Shown here piece after piece: positions 35,323 through 46,446 of a stretch of DNA of 64,000 nt. This DNA comes from Takakia lepidozioides. Its lineage: Eukaryota; Plantae; Bryophyta. The notes beneath the pieces were generated by a model. It was not told the DNA's origin. It ran no database searches and worked only from the letters and a program-made list of their open reading frames with translations. The DNA lies in contig CM060733.1 in the NCBI GenBank assembly GCA_030704615.1, positions 60,016,001-60,080,000 of the forward strand. The letters are read 5' to 3'. The translations under genes and the position numbers were made by a program. Numbering within the stretch: the stretch's first letter is position 1; each line of letters opens with the position of its first letter.

Positions 35323-36117
35323 ATATATAGCTCAGGACAATTTTCTGAGGATAAGAGAGAGTTCTGGCATGATTTAGCCATTACAGATGCTTGATGTAAG
35401 CAGTAAGTTTTTCAACAGAAACCTGTAAGCAAACTTGATATTCGAGGACATTTGGCACATGCACCATGGATCGGCACTGTTATAACGAACAGGTCACTGA
35501 GGAACCTTTTGAGAACTCCTAATCTTCAATGACATACATGCAGGTGTACAGTTGTGCTCGCAGTTTATAAGTCTTGTCCAACTTCAAGAGGACAAAAATT
35601 TCACATGTTTTATAACGTTGGAGAAGTTGCTTTCGTGGCTAGCAGGTCTTCAGCAGACCTGTTTTAGATCCAAGCGTTCAATTGATTCCATGTATCTCAC
35701 AAAAAAAACATTATAGAATGGAGTTGTTGCTTGTGAAGATCAGCTGAGTTTCAACAACTCCAGTCAGACTATGCACCCCTTTGGCTAGTAAGCCCATCCA
35801 AGAAACAGACAAGAACAAGAACTGGGCCTATAGAACTCTCACCAACAATTGTTGAGTCCTACATGGTCATGTTCGTGAGTACATGTAGGAAAAAAACGGA
35901 GTAGCAAACAAAGTAGTCATGCATCATCTTATGGAACTAGAAGTCCTACCCTGATAAGTGTATCCATCACTAGAGCAGCACTAGAAGAACAAACATACAT
36001 GCAGTACACATAGATCTGTTTGTCGATTCAAATGAAGTACTTAAGCCTCAAGGAAGGACGATTTTTGCTCATCCTTTTATTGCACAGAACCCCGTGAATG
36101 TGTAATTTACAAGCTGC

Positions 36118-37590
36118 AAGTCTTCTCATACTGCCTCACTGAACCTTCAAGGTGCAAAATGGACTTGCAAAAGCTACAGCTTAAATTATAAGCTCAGATG
36201 TGAGTTGTCAAAAATTGCCGAGAGATGGATTGTGGCATCTCTATATCCCCAGTTGGTCCTCATAGCAACCGGCCCAAAAACAGGTTGTATACCCATTTTT
36301 CCTCCTTCCAGCACTTTCGAGTCCGAATGTTCACTCCCTTAACTTTAGCACATTTCTCCAAAAGTGGGAAACAAAAATCTGTATGTACAATCATCCTTCA
36401 AGTGGGACTCTGCCAGGCCCTCCCATCACCCATCGTTCACAAATACATCCACATGGCTCTGGCAAGCTTTCCACTGGAACACCATATAATACAATTGCCT
36501 TGGAAGTCTTCTCATACTGCTCTACTGAACCGAGACTGAACCTCCAAGGTGGACTTGCACTTGATAGCTATCACTTTTCAGAAATTCAGATCAATGTGTG
36601 AGTTGTTAAGAATTGCTAGGAGATGGATCAATTGTGGAAGCAATAAACCTCACCTTGCATCAATAATGCCAGTTGGTCCTCATGATAAACCGGGCCCAGA
36701 AACAGGTTGCACCCATTTTTCCTCCTTCCAACACTGTTGAGTCCGAACGTCCACTCTCTTAACTTGAAGCATTTCTCCAAAAGTGGGAAATAAAACTTTG
36801 TATGTATCGTCCTTCAAGTGGGACTCTACCAGGCCCTCCTACCACCCATCGTTCACAAACACTTCCACCTGGCTCCAAGCTTTCCACTGGAACTTGAAGT
36901 CGCACGGCTGGATGGGTCGGATGTCAAAGACGTCCACGTCGTCTTCCAAGAGGGCGGTTGAGTTCTCGTTTTGTGTGAGTCTCTCATACTGAACCCTGCA
37001 CGTGTTCAGATCCTTGCGATACAAAACCACCTTTGCCTCAAACCTTGCCCCCTGAAAGCCGTCTTCATGTGACCTCACTTCTACCCACGCACCTTTGGAC
37101 AGCCTCATCCCGTTGCAGGTAAGATTCACCTTCAGCTTCAACGGCTTTGTAGTCACATGAACGTGACCACTCTTCATCACAATCTTCGGCATAATCACTT
37201 CTCGCAACAAACAAATCACTCATAGGACTGAGTGCAGCAGACCACAGGACAATGCGGGAGACAATGAAATGGCACTTGGGCGTTCGTGAACAGGTTGCTC
37301 AGTGAGTACCTTGTCATGCAAGTTTCGGACAACGCCTTAAATCCTCATAGCCAGCCGTCGGGAGCGTCTCGTAGACGTGGCTCGATCTCATTGCACAAGA
37401 GCACGTTGGTTATATCCCGTATTTTCCTGCCTACTATGGGTGTTTTTTCGACCTTCCTGTACCATATCCGCTCAACGATTTGATTAGTGTTCAATTGCCG
37501 AAGTGAGAGAGAATGGGGGTGCTGGTTACATGAAGCTTTCTTACCAGTCCAAATGTAGTAGCAGCTTACAGTGCAGATCCCCAGACCCAA
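36118..37590 (-). pseudogene. Tandem-Agenet (Tudor-like) domain pseudogene with duplicated 3' part
   Basis: GAWVEVRSHEDGFQGARFEAKVV...DIRP and SQVEVFVNDGW*EGLV are Agenet motifs, with a Trp-to-stop change. 36118-36481 and 36504-36892 are tandem duplicates. The upstream frame may be a BAH remnant. Confidence 0.8.
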
Positions 37591-37796
37591 AAATTAGCGG
37601 AGTGGAGTTGAGGCTTGGACACATGAAAATCGCCCACATGGAATAGTGTAATTTAGATGTGGTGTACATACTAAGCCCTTGCATGTTTGGAAATGGATGA
37701 ATGTCCTTTTGAATGAAACATTATGCGGGATGGCCGAGATGAAATCAATGTATGCGGTTTGACTTGACACAAGCGAATGCACTTTTGGTAGGTTCC

Positions 37797-38585
37797 CCCG
37801 CAGATGCCTGAAAAGTAGTTTGTGGCACCCACATACGTTTTGTTTTTTTTGTTCCCACGAAGATGCCCGGAAAGTAGTGTGCGGCACCGCACACTCCTTT
37901 CGGGGCATCTACAGTGCATGTTTTCTCTGCAGCTGCCCACCCCACACATTTTTATTTTTTTTATTTTTTTATTTTTTTTTCCCGTTCTCAGGGCATCTCC
38001 GCACACTGTTTTTAGGGCATCTGCGTTTTATCGTTCCCTCGCAGATGCCCGAAAAACAATGTGCGGCACCGCACACTGTTTCCAGGGCTTCTGCGGAGCA
38101 CGTCTTCTGTGCAGATGGTCATCCCACATGAGTTTATTTATTTATTTATTTATATTCGTTTTGTCATTTTTTCGTTCCCTCAAAACTGCCCGGAAAACAG
38201 TGTGCGGCACTGCACACTGTTTTTAGGGCATCTGCGGAGCACGTTTTCTCTCCATATGCCCATCCCACACACGGTTTTTATTTTTATTTTATTTTTATTT
38301 TATTTACGCTGATGCCCGAACAATAGTGTGCGGTTCCGCACACTGTTTTCAGGGCATCTGCGGTGAACGTTTTCACACTACTTTTAGGGCATCTGCGGTG
38401 CACGTTTTTTTTGCAGCTGCCCTCCTGCACACGGATTTTTTTTTTTTTTTTTTTTTTTTTTTCCCCCGTTCCCATGCAGTTGCCCTCAAAACAGTGTGAA
38501 GTGCCGCACACTGTTTTCAGGGCATCTGCGGCGCACGTTTTCTCTGCAACTGCCCATCCGACACACGCAATTTTTTTTTTTTTGC
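37797..38585. repeat. Tandem array of ~55-bp palindromes separated by conserved linkers and T-tracts
   Basis: Consensus GCAGATGCCC-N-AAAACAGTGTGCGG-ca-CCGCACACTGTTTT-N-GGGCATCTGC. Full units start near 37861, 38041, 38187, 38308 and 38476, with partial units between. Confidence 0.9.
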
Positions 38586-38699
38586 CTGACAAGTACACCG
38601 GCTCAGAACATTCTCTCGAAAGACAAAAAGAGCCCTGTAGGTGAGGGGAGAGGCAAAGGAAAGGGGAAGGGGAAGTGAACCCAAATGGGTCTCTTTTCA

Positions 38700-38970
38700 G
38701 TGTCGGTTTGTTTGCAATATGCAGCTTAAGTTGGCAGATTGCACAACGTTGCAGTCAATGAATCCTTTTTCATTGTCGGTTTGTTTGGAATATACAGCAT
38801 AAGTCAGCATATTGCAAATGCGTATTCCCACGGTTATAGGTCCCTCGGGTATAGGTATCTTATCTTTCGCCAAATGTGTTATGACATCTGCTGACATGGC
38901 GGACGCTCACGCTTACGTGGCGTGATTGCCACATCATGCAGAGGGAGCCTGGGCTCACACCACGTCAGCG
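38700..38970. mobile_element. Probable second (truncated) terminal region of the MULE-like element
   Basis: Shares acgtggcgtga and cctgggctcac motifs with 10978-11047, and abuts the 11-mer gccaaatgtgg that also flanks the 11059 terminus. Confidence 0.45.
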
Positions 38971-41900
38971 GCCAAATGTGGTATCACCTGTTCTCCCCAT
39001 GGGCACGGTGACATCACATCTGCCAACTTCCACTGCTGTAGGGTCAACTAGTAATAATATGAGTCATAATTCTGCATCTAATATTGGATATGTGCATGGT
39101 GGTGCTCTACCCATGGTTCCATGTTGCCCTACTCATGGATCTGTCCTCCTGGTCACATCAACCATAGCTTGCCTTATCATTTGATCCCTCAGCTAACTAC
39201 CCAACCTTACCCAGAATATACCATGGGAGAAGACTTTGATAGGTATCTTCAGATATTTGAGGTCATTGCTAATGTAAATGGAGTGCCTGAGAATTTCAAG
39301 ATAGGATGAGCATGAGGGACCAGCTCGTGACTTACTGCATGCAGCTATCATGGATGATCCTAGCCTCAACTGGGCAACTCTGGTGGAATGGGCAAAGACC
39401 TTGTTCAAACCTCCTGAGAGGCCTCTGGACTGTTTTAACAAGCTATCTGCCAGGACTTACCAACCTGGGGAGTCCTTGTGGAAGTATTACATGGGATCTC
39501 AAATTTGCTGATGTTGAGAATATCATAGACCCAGCAGAGAGAGATCGTATGGTTAAGAGGTATTTTCTCCTTGGGCTACCTTCCACTATTCAGAATTGGG
39601 CTTAGCGATGTCATTTTGTCAATGACAAGACTAAGATGGCAGACTTGACTGACAACAAATCAATGCAACATCATGCCAAGTTTCAAGCTCCCATGAGCTC
39701 AGAGCTTAGCATGTCTGCAATATCATCACCCTATGTTATTCTTGCTATGCAATGCAAAGCTGATGACTTTACTCTTCAGGGATTGGCTAATACTGTAGGA
39801 AGTCTTAGTGAGTCTGTGGCTACTCAGTTTGCTGCCATGCAGGCTCATCAACAGAGGTGGCAGCCTCGACATGGCCAATGTCAAACAAGTGGTAACAATA
39901 GAGGTCGTATCCAGACTGGGCAGGCCTATGAGGGTAATAGTGATGCATGTTACATTTGTGGGTCCTTTGAACACTGGACGAAGCACTGTCCAGACAGAGC
40001 AGGGCTGCCAGAGCTGATCAAGAACAAGAAGGCTGCTAGTGGGTCTTCCCATCCTTTAAACTAGAGAGACCTCTTGGGAAGGGGGCAAGAAGTCCATCAT
40101 CTACCAACCCTACTTCTCCTGTTCCAATTCAAGCTGTTTTATCTACTAACTTCAAAGCCTTGCATTGTCCTCTTAGCAGACAAACCGCTGGCCAGCAGAT
40201 TAGTCCCCTCATGGCTCAGTGCCATATGTTGTTGATACTGGATGCACTATATCTGCTATACCTTTAAATGTTGTAAGAGTTCTTGGTCTTAATTAAGCGG
40301 ATCCCACCACCCTGCCTGAGCCACGTGTTTTCATTTTTTGATTGAATATAAAGAAAGCGACGCCAGAGCGTCGCTGTCGCGGCCCTTTGCCTTGAGGGCA
40401 GGGGGTCGGGACACATGAGGGGCTGCCCCTGTGGTGGGGGCAGCGGCAGCGATAGGTATGGGGACTGAAGCACCCTTGAGTGCCCAAGGCACTCAGGGAA
40501 GCGGAGGCGCTCACTAGGTGGAGCCCCGCACACCGGGTTGCGGTGGGGGTGGCTCCACAAGGGGTGGTGGTAGCTTAGCGGGACTTAGTGGGGGTGGCAT
40601 AGGACTCACCATGGGGTGGAGACCTCGAGGTGGGAGTCGTGGGGAGTCGTGGGACTCATCACGGTCCATTGGGGCCGCGGTGAGTGGGCCAAGACTCACC
40701 GCGATTCACCACCGGGAATCAAGGGTCTTCGTGGTGGTTCACCACAAAATGGCATGGCTGTTTGTGGAACCCCCGCGGACAGCTACAGAAGTATATACAG
40801 GGAGTAGTAACCCCGAGAACGGTGCAAGCCCGTTGGTGACCAAAAACTAGTGAGTAAGCGAGCGAGCCGGAAAGTGACCAAAGAGTGGGGAGCTGTTCCG
40901 GACTGCCATCTACCAAAGGGAATTCCACTAGGCCCAAATAGGTGGAGGGTCTTTCGGGGGAGCGAAGGGGGACCGTTATGTCACTATGACTTGAAGGGGA
41001 GCTTACCGAAGTGAGGTGCGCGACAGTCGCGGAAACCTACGCCCGGGCGTCGCGGAGGCCGACTCCAGCTCCTCATGTGTAGCCGCAATGAACGTGGGGC
41101 CGTAGATGAGGTGTAGGTAGAGAAAACGTGAGACACGCCCAATAGTCGCTTGCAGCGATGTACGGGCGTCGCTTGGCGTACCACCAAGCTTACGCCACGT
41201 GTTTTTGGGTTTTAGGATGGGACTCCCGGGCAGGTTACAAAAAAAAAGGGATGCGACGCCGCGCCGTCGCCCCCCGCCAATGCCGTCGGTTGGAGGGCAG
41301 CGACGGCGAGTCGTCTCTCGCAGGAAGCCCCTGCCAAAAGCGACGTCCGACAGTCACGGGAGTTGGGCGGGGGCTCGCGACCCCCATATGTCGCATTTTG
41401 CGACGTCTTTTTGGCGATGCCCATGCGACTGCCGGGCGACGGCCGGGCGCTGCAAATACGGCGCCTACCCCGTGCCCGGAATGGGCATTTTTCCGATGCC
41501 ACGGCGTGGCCCGGGCATCGCAAAGGCCCTCCTTTTGCTGTAGTGTAAGCTATGCCCTACCACAAGTATTGAGGTCCTGATTGCCGATGGGTCCAGGTAT
41601 GAGCCCCTAGGATTAGTCACTGTACCAATCATAATTCACAAAAAAAAGGTTGTGGTGACCTGCATAGTCATCATTGGAGATCAATTCCTGCTACGCCTTG
41701 ACTGGATGACTAGAGATGGTGTCACCATCAGCTTAGCAGACTACTCCCTTCACTTTAACAATGGAGAAGGGCATGAAGTAGTGGTTCCTTTGAAAGCAGT
41801 GAAGATCAAAGCTGGGTCTGCTATAGCCAATCTATCCAGAGTTCAGGCCTTGGTGAAAGAGGTACAGCAGAATTCTCACTCCAATCTCAACTGGAATGAT

Positions 41901-43300
41901 TTTTACAAGTTTCAGCCTGATCTTCAACTCTTATATCAAGTGGCATGTTCCTAGTATTGGGGGTAAGACAGGGGTGCCCGTAGCTATTCCAAAGAACTCT
42001 ACTCCGATTCGTGCACCTCTCAACATCACCATCCCTGCCATGACCCAGAAGGTGGTTAAGTCTGGTCCGGCCTTCTTATGTCCAACTGCTCATTTCCTGG
42101 AAGTTGAAGGATGGAGGAGACTGACTGCCCTCAAACATTGCCTGGTGGCCAGTACTGGTGTTATAGATAGAGGATATAGGCAAGAAGTCAAGATTCTGAT
42201 TGCTAATCCAGAGCACTTCCCTGTGACTATTAAGAAGGGGCAGGTTCTGACTCGCATTACTGCTCTACCCATTGCTAAAATACAAGAGGTGCAATCTGGC
42301 TTTGGACTAGAGGCCATTGGCATACAACATGGCCCCTTGGATGTTGTTGCTGCAATTGCACCACCACCTGCCCCTGATCTCAAAGGTAAGAAGGCCCTCA
42401 CCAAAGTACTATCTGAAATCAAGGGTACCACCCTCTCTTCAGGCCAAAAAAAAAAGAGTAGAGATGCTTATTGCAAAGAATCTAGATGTCTTCAGCTTGG
42501 GATCCACTGATCTAAGACGCACTCCCATCCTTCAACATGACATTGTTACTGAAGGACCTCCTATTAAACAATTTGCTTACCGAGAGAGTGTCAAGGAACG
42601 TACTATAGTTCAAGAGGAAGTCCAGAAAATGCTAAATGCTGGTGTGATTAAGCCATCAGTTTCTCCTTGGGCTAGTCCAATTGTCCTGGTTGGAAAGAAA
42701 GATGGCACCACCCGCTTTTGTGTTGACTTCAGGAAACTGAATGACATCACCAAGAAGGATGCCTACCCATTACCTAGGATCAATGAGACCTTGGATCAAT
42801 TGCACGGTGCTACTATTTTCTCCTCTCTTGATCTTGCATCTGGGTTTTGGCAAGTTCATCTCACTAAAGCAACCAAGGAAAAGACCTTATTTGTGTGTCG
42901 CATGGGCAAATATCAATATGAGACCATGTTGGTCTATGCAATGCCACCTCCACCTTCCAACGCCTCTTGGACATTGTCTTGGGCAATCTTTGTTGGGAAT
43001 GTGCCTTAATTTATGTAGATGATATCAATGTGTACTCAGCCAGTTTTGATGCCCACTTGACTGATCTGCAGCGTATTTTCAGCAAATTGTGCACTGCAGG
43101 GCTCAAAGTAAAGCCAAAGAAGTGTGAGTTGTTCATGCCTGAGCTACACTTTCTTGGTCATATTCTCTCCAAGGATGGTTTGCTTCCTGATCCTGCCAAG
43201 CTTGAGTTTGTTTGGGGCTTTCTTATTCCCAGGGATAAACATTGTATCAAATCATTCCTTGGTCTGGCTTCCTATTATAGGCGCTTCATAAAGAACTTTG
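38971..43300 (+). mobile_element. Decayed Ty3/Gypsy gag-pol: gag, zinc knuckle, protease, dUTPase-like domain, RT (truncated)
   Basis: Zinc knuckle CYICGSFEHWTKHC; protease VVDTGCTISAI; GVIDRGYRQEVKILIAN; RT motifs SPWASPIVLVGKKDGTTRFCVDFRKLN, YPLPRI, LDLASGFWQV, YVDD and FLGLASYYRRFIKNF. Multiple stops and frameshifts. Confidence 0.95.
40293..41545 (+). mobile_element. GC-rich CACTA-like insertion in the Gypsy protease
   Basis: Right end ...ttttgctgtagtg (CACTACAGC) with gtcgc/gcgac subterminal repeats. TAA lies on both sides (40290-40292, 41546-41548). Removing the insert restores the frame ...VLGL-KLCPTTSIEVLIADG. Confidence 0.8.
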
Positions 43301-43436
43301 TCCTCGGCCCAACTTGCAGGTGCCAGGTTTTCCCTTGCAGTTAGGTTTTTGACCCAGTAGTTGAGCGTGATATTTCCTTATTATTTGTTTTTTTTCGCGG
43401 AGCTCAGGATTTTTCGTGGGGGGTAGGCTTCACAGA

Positions 43437-43901
43437 TGTAATGGCCCATATTTGCTTAGCCTAGAAATGACCCGTTTCATCCAAAACGGCGATACACATC
43501 CATAATATAAATTTTTGGCGTATAATGCCGTTAAACCGTTACAATGATATTTAGGTTAGGGTTAGTTTTGGCTGGTAGCCACATCCTGGCCTTTCATCAG
43601 ATCTAGGGTAACAAAGCGGCGCCGTGGGTTTTGGCTTGTGACGCCTCGCCATGCGGCGGACAACTAAAGCTAGGGCTTTTGTATAAAGACGGCGCCCTGA
43701 CACAAGGTCAGGGCGGTGTACTCGGGTGTTAGTGTATATGTGATTTTGGTGTACAAGCTTTGGATGAGAGCTCCTGTGTGTCAAATCCTTGTGTTTGATC
43801 CTCCTCTCGCGCATCGCCTGCTCTTTCTGCTTGCCGCTTTGTTGTGAAAACTTGTTTCTTGAGAGGAAGGGAGTATATGCTTCAGGTTTTGAGGCTTCAC
43901 A
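43437..43901 (+). mobile_element. LTR (3' LTR of the Gypsy element), homologous to 13789-13345
   Basis: Starts TGTAATGGCCC, with a G-rich tract just upstream and a candidate end ...GGCTTCACA at 43901. Confidence 0.8.
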
Positions 43902-44399
43902 TGCCTTGGTAGTTGCCAACATTTATAAGAGAACCATCCTGCTTCGTGGAATGTGGTAGCAAATGTTAGCATAGGTGCCAAATTGCCTGATTATGATGTA
44001 TTATGCGGAGGCCGTGATTGATAGGGTGTGTAGTTTTATCTCGAGGCCCATCGGCCTTCAGTGTCACTATGAGAAGTTGCATAAGAATTGCTCATCAAAA
44101 TCAGTTCACAGAGCTTAATGGGGACATCCAGGTCTAGAAATAGTTTCGAAGCCTGATGCCATTCCAGACCAGAACATACATATCTTGCTACAAAAGGTCA
44201 GAGTCCAAACATTGCGTGTAAGGGAAAAGGTTCCCCCAATACTCATGCAAAGCATTAAACACAACAACTTTTTCCATCTATAAATTGGGAGGACCGTTGC
44301 TCGAGAATTACCACTGCTGCTCCCACAAAGATGTGGAAAAAACATATTTACACTTCCAACCAAAATTGCAGGCCTCCAAGGTCAACACTCTGGCTATGA

Positions 44400-44780
44400 T
44401 CTAGTACATGCAAATCCATCAAAGCAAAACTTGACAAACTGCTGGCTCTCCTTTTGATTGTAAACATGACTATGCATTAAATTCAACGTTCACCAACTCT
44501 AAAACCCTAGGCCCTCTTTGAGACGATGGGTCGAGGCTTCAAATCCTAGGAGAGGGACATGAGTGGGTGCACTCAAACCCATCATCCTATGCAAATTGTA
44601 CCCAAATTGGAACGACAACACCAATAAGAGGGTCCAGCCTAACTTCTTCTGGAAGATTGATGTAGAAGTGCTTATTTCATGATAAGGTCAGACTGCATAT
44701 CAACCCCTAAATTGCAAGACATGGCACCTTTGTAGTAGTTGTATTGCCAAATGTAGATTTCAGATCATTGGCATCACACA
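44400..44780 (+). mobile_element. Possible highly decayed Gypsy integrase C-terminal remnant
   Basis: Frameshifted traces YALNSTF...PFE.MGR and PKLQ..W..FVVVVLPNV resemble the integrase tail / GPF module. Weak. Confidence 0.3.
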
Positions 44781-44846
44781 CCATTGATAGTATTATATAT
44801 GTGACCAAAGGGTCTGACCAGCAGTCTTATCGTGGGGTGCAACATA

Positions 44847-45898
44847 GGCACATTCATAGAGTTCCGAATAGGCATGCTCAATGTGTCCCCAACAGGCCGC
44901 AACTGCAGTCAAGCAGAGCGCTATGACAAGGTAAACCAGCCAAAAGAAGAGAGAGGGAACCGAGACAACCTTCATGATGTCCATAGTGGCTCCAGCAAGC
45001 CCATGTGAGAAAGTAGAACAACAAGAAAACATGTAAAGGGCCCATGGGAAAAAGTAGGATCACAAGAAGAAACCACTTTAGGAAATGAAATGGTGCTTTA
45101 TACTAAACGTCCGCGGAGAGAGAGAGAGAAGAAAAAATTCTGCTGCATGTGAAATTTATTGGTGATGTCTTCTTTGGGGCATGGTACTGTTGCGGACAAC
45201 CTGGAAGACCATGCAACTGAGTGTCATAAGTTGTACATGCTGGAACCAGCTGTGACAAGTGTAGCTTCGTTAAGGGTAACTCGTCGGCAAATGGTCTCTA
45301 TTTTCCAAACACTAGAAGTAGGGCCTGAGCCATAGTTTGCAAGTGTCTAATGCCCTAGATAACTGTAAGCATGGCTCCCCACCTTAACCCAATCAGTATT
45401 CTTGAAATGGTTCCTTTGGTGCTGGTGAGACGATGTACTTCCCGCCGAGTCCTGGTATTAAGGTTAGTGCTATTTGCTAGTGGAAATTGGATTCAATACC
45501 TGTCTCTTCCTGTCCCTTCCAACCCCAAATTAGGTGATAGAATCATGCTAAACTGGTAATGCAGGTGCACTGTGTGAGGAAAACAATGGTGGGGGTACTC
45601 AAGGACAAATTCAAGGACTTCAGTATGACCTTCTCTATCGGTGGCTAGATAAGCTTTGATGTGATTTGAGCTGTGCATGTGTAAGATGTTAGATTTCTCT
45701 ACTATCCTAGATTCCAGTAGCAGTGTATTTGGTAGATTGTGCAACAGCCTCTTGGTGCGTATGTTTGAGCATGGGCATAACTTGCAGTGTTGTCGGGTAC
45801 ATCAGGTTTTCCCAAAAGGATGGGATAAAACCTTTTGCCTCCAGTTTGTTGAGAAAGAGTTCTCTGAGATTCACTTCTTCGGTGACAAAACCTAGGAG
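44847..45898 (+). pseudogene. PMM: Phosphomannomutase pseudogene fragment (3 exons, introns retained)
   Basis: Exons 44847-44930 [28 protein letters not shown], 45565-45660 VHCVRKTMVGVLKDKFKDFSMTFSIGG*ISFD and 45806-45898 [30 protein letters not shown]. Two nonsense codons and a short deletion. Confidence 0.92.
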
Positions 45899-46446
45899 GT
45901 AGATTACCACTTCTCTGTATATCGAATGTGAGGATGAGAAAAGAGCAGCGACAGATGTACAACATAAAATTGGGCGGGGAGGAGGAAGTGCAATAAGGGT
46001 GGTGTCAAATTAGAGCTCAAGGAAATTTTTTGAGGTACTGAAACCATATGATAGCCCTGAATTGCTGGGTGTGTTTTTTTTGCTATTTTAGATGCTTACT
46101 GTCTTCTGCTATCCTAATGGGCCTGTTGCCACCTGTGTATTTCTGGTTGTAATTATTTTGCTACTGTTTCTTTTCTTTTTCTTGTGAGGTTTAGAGGCTG
46201 ATTGCAGCTGCAAGCAGGTTCAGCTACAAGTATAAGATAAGGGCACTGTGGCCACACTTGGGTGGGCCCTGGGCTTAAATATGTTTAGTTGGTGGTTGCT
46301 TTATGTCAACAGCTGCAAGCTTTCAGCACGATGTATGAGGTCTTAGGAACCGGGCATTAGCCCCAAATATTTGTGAAAATGGAGATCGTCCCAACCCTTT
46401 GGCCATAAGGCCCTCCTTATAGTGCTTATTGAAAACTAAGTGTGTG

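Noticed and set aside
37797-38585. CRISPR array
   Set aside because: The spacers are homologous to one another and T-rich, the repeats are too long and variable, no cas genes are present, and the context is eukaryotic.
38979-38986. iMet primer-binding site TGGTATCA
   Set aside because: Only 8 nt match, no CA-ending LTR precedes it, and it lies within the reconstructed gag frame.
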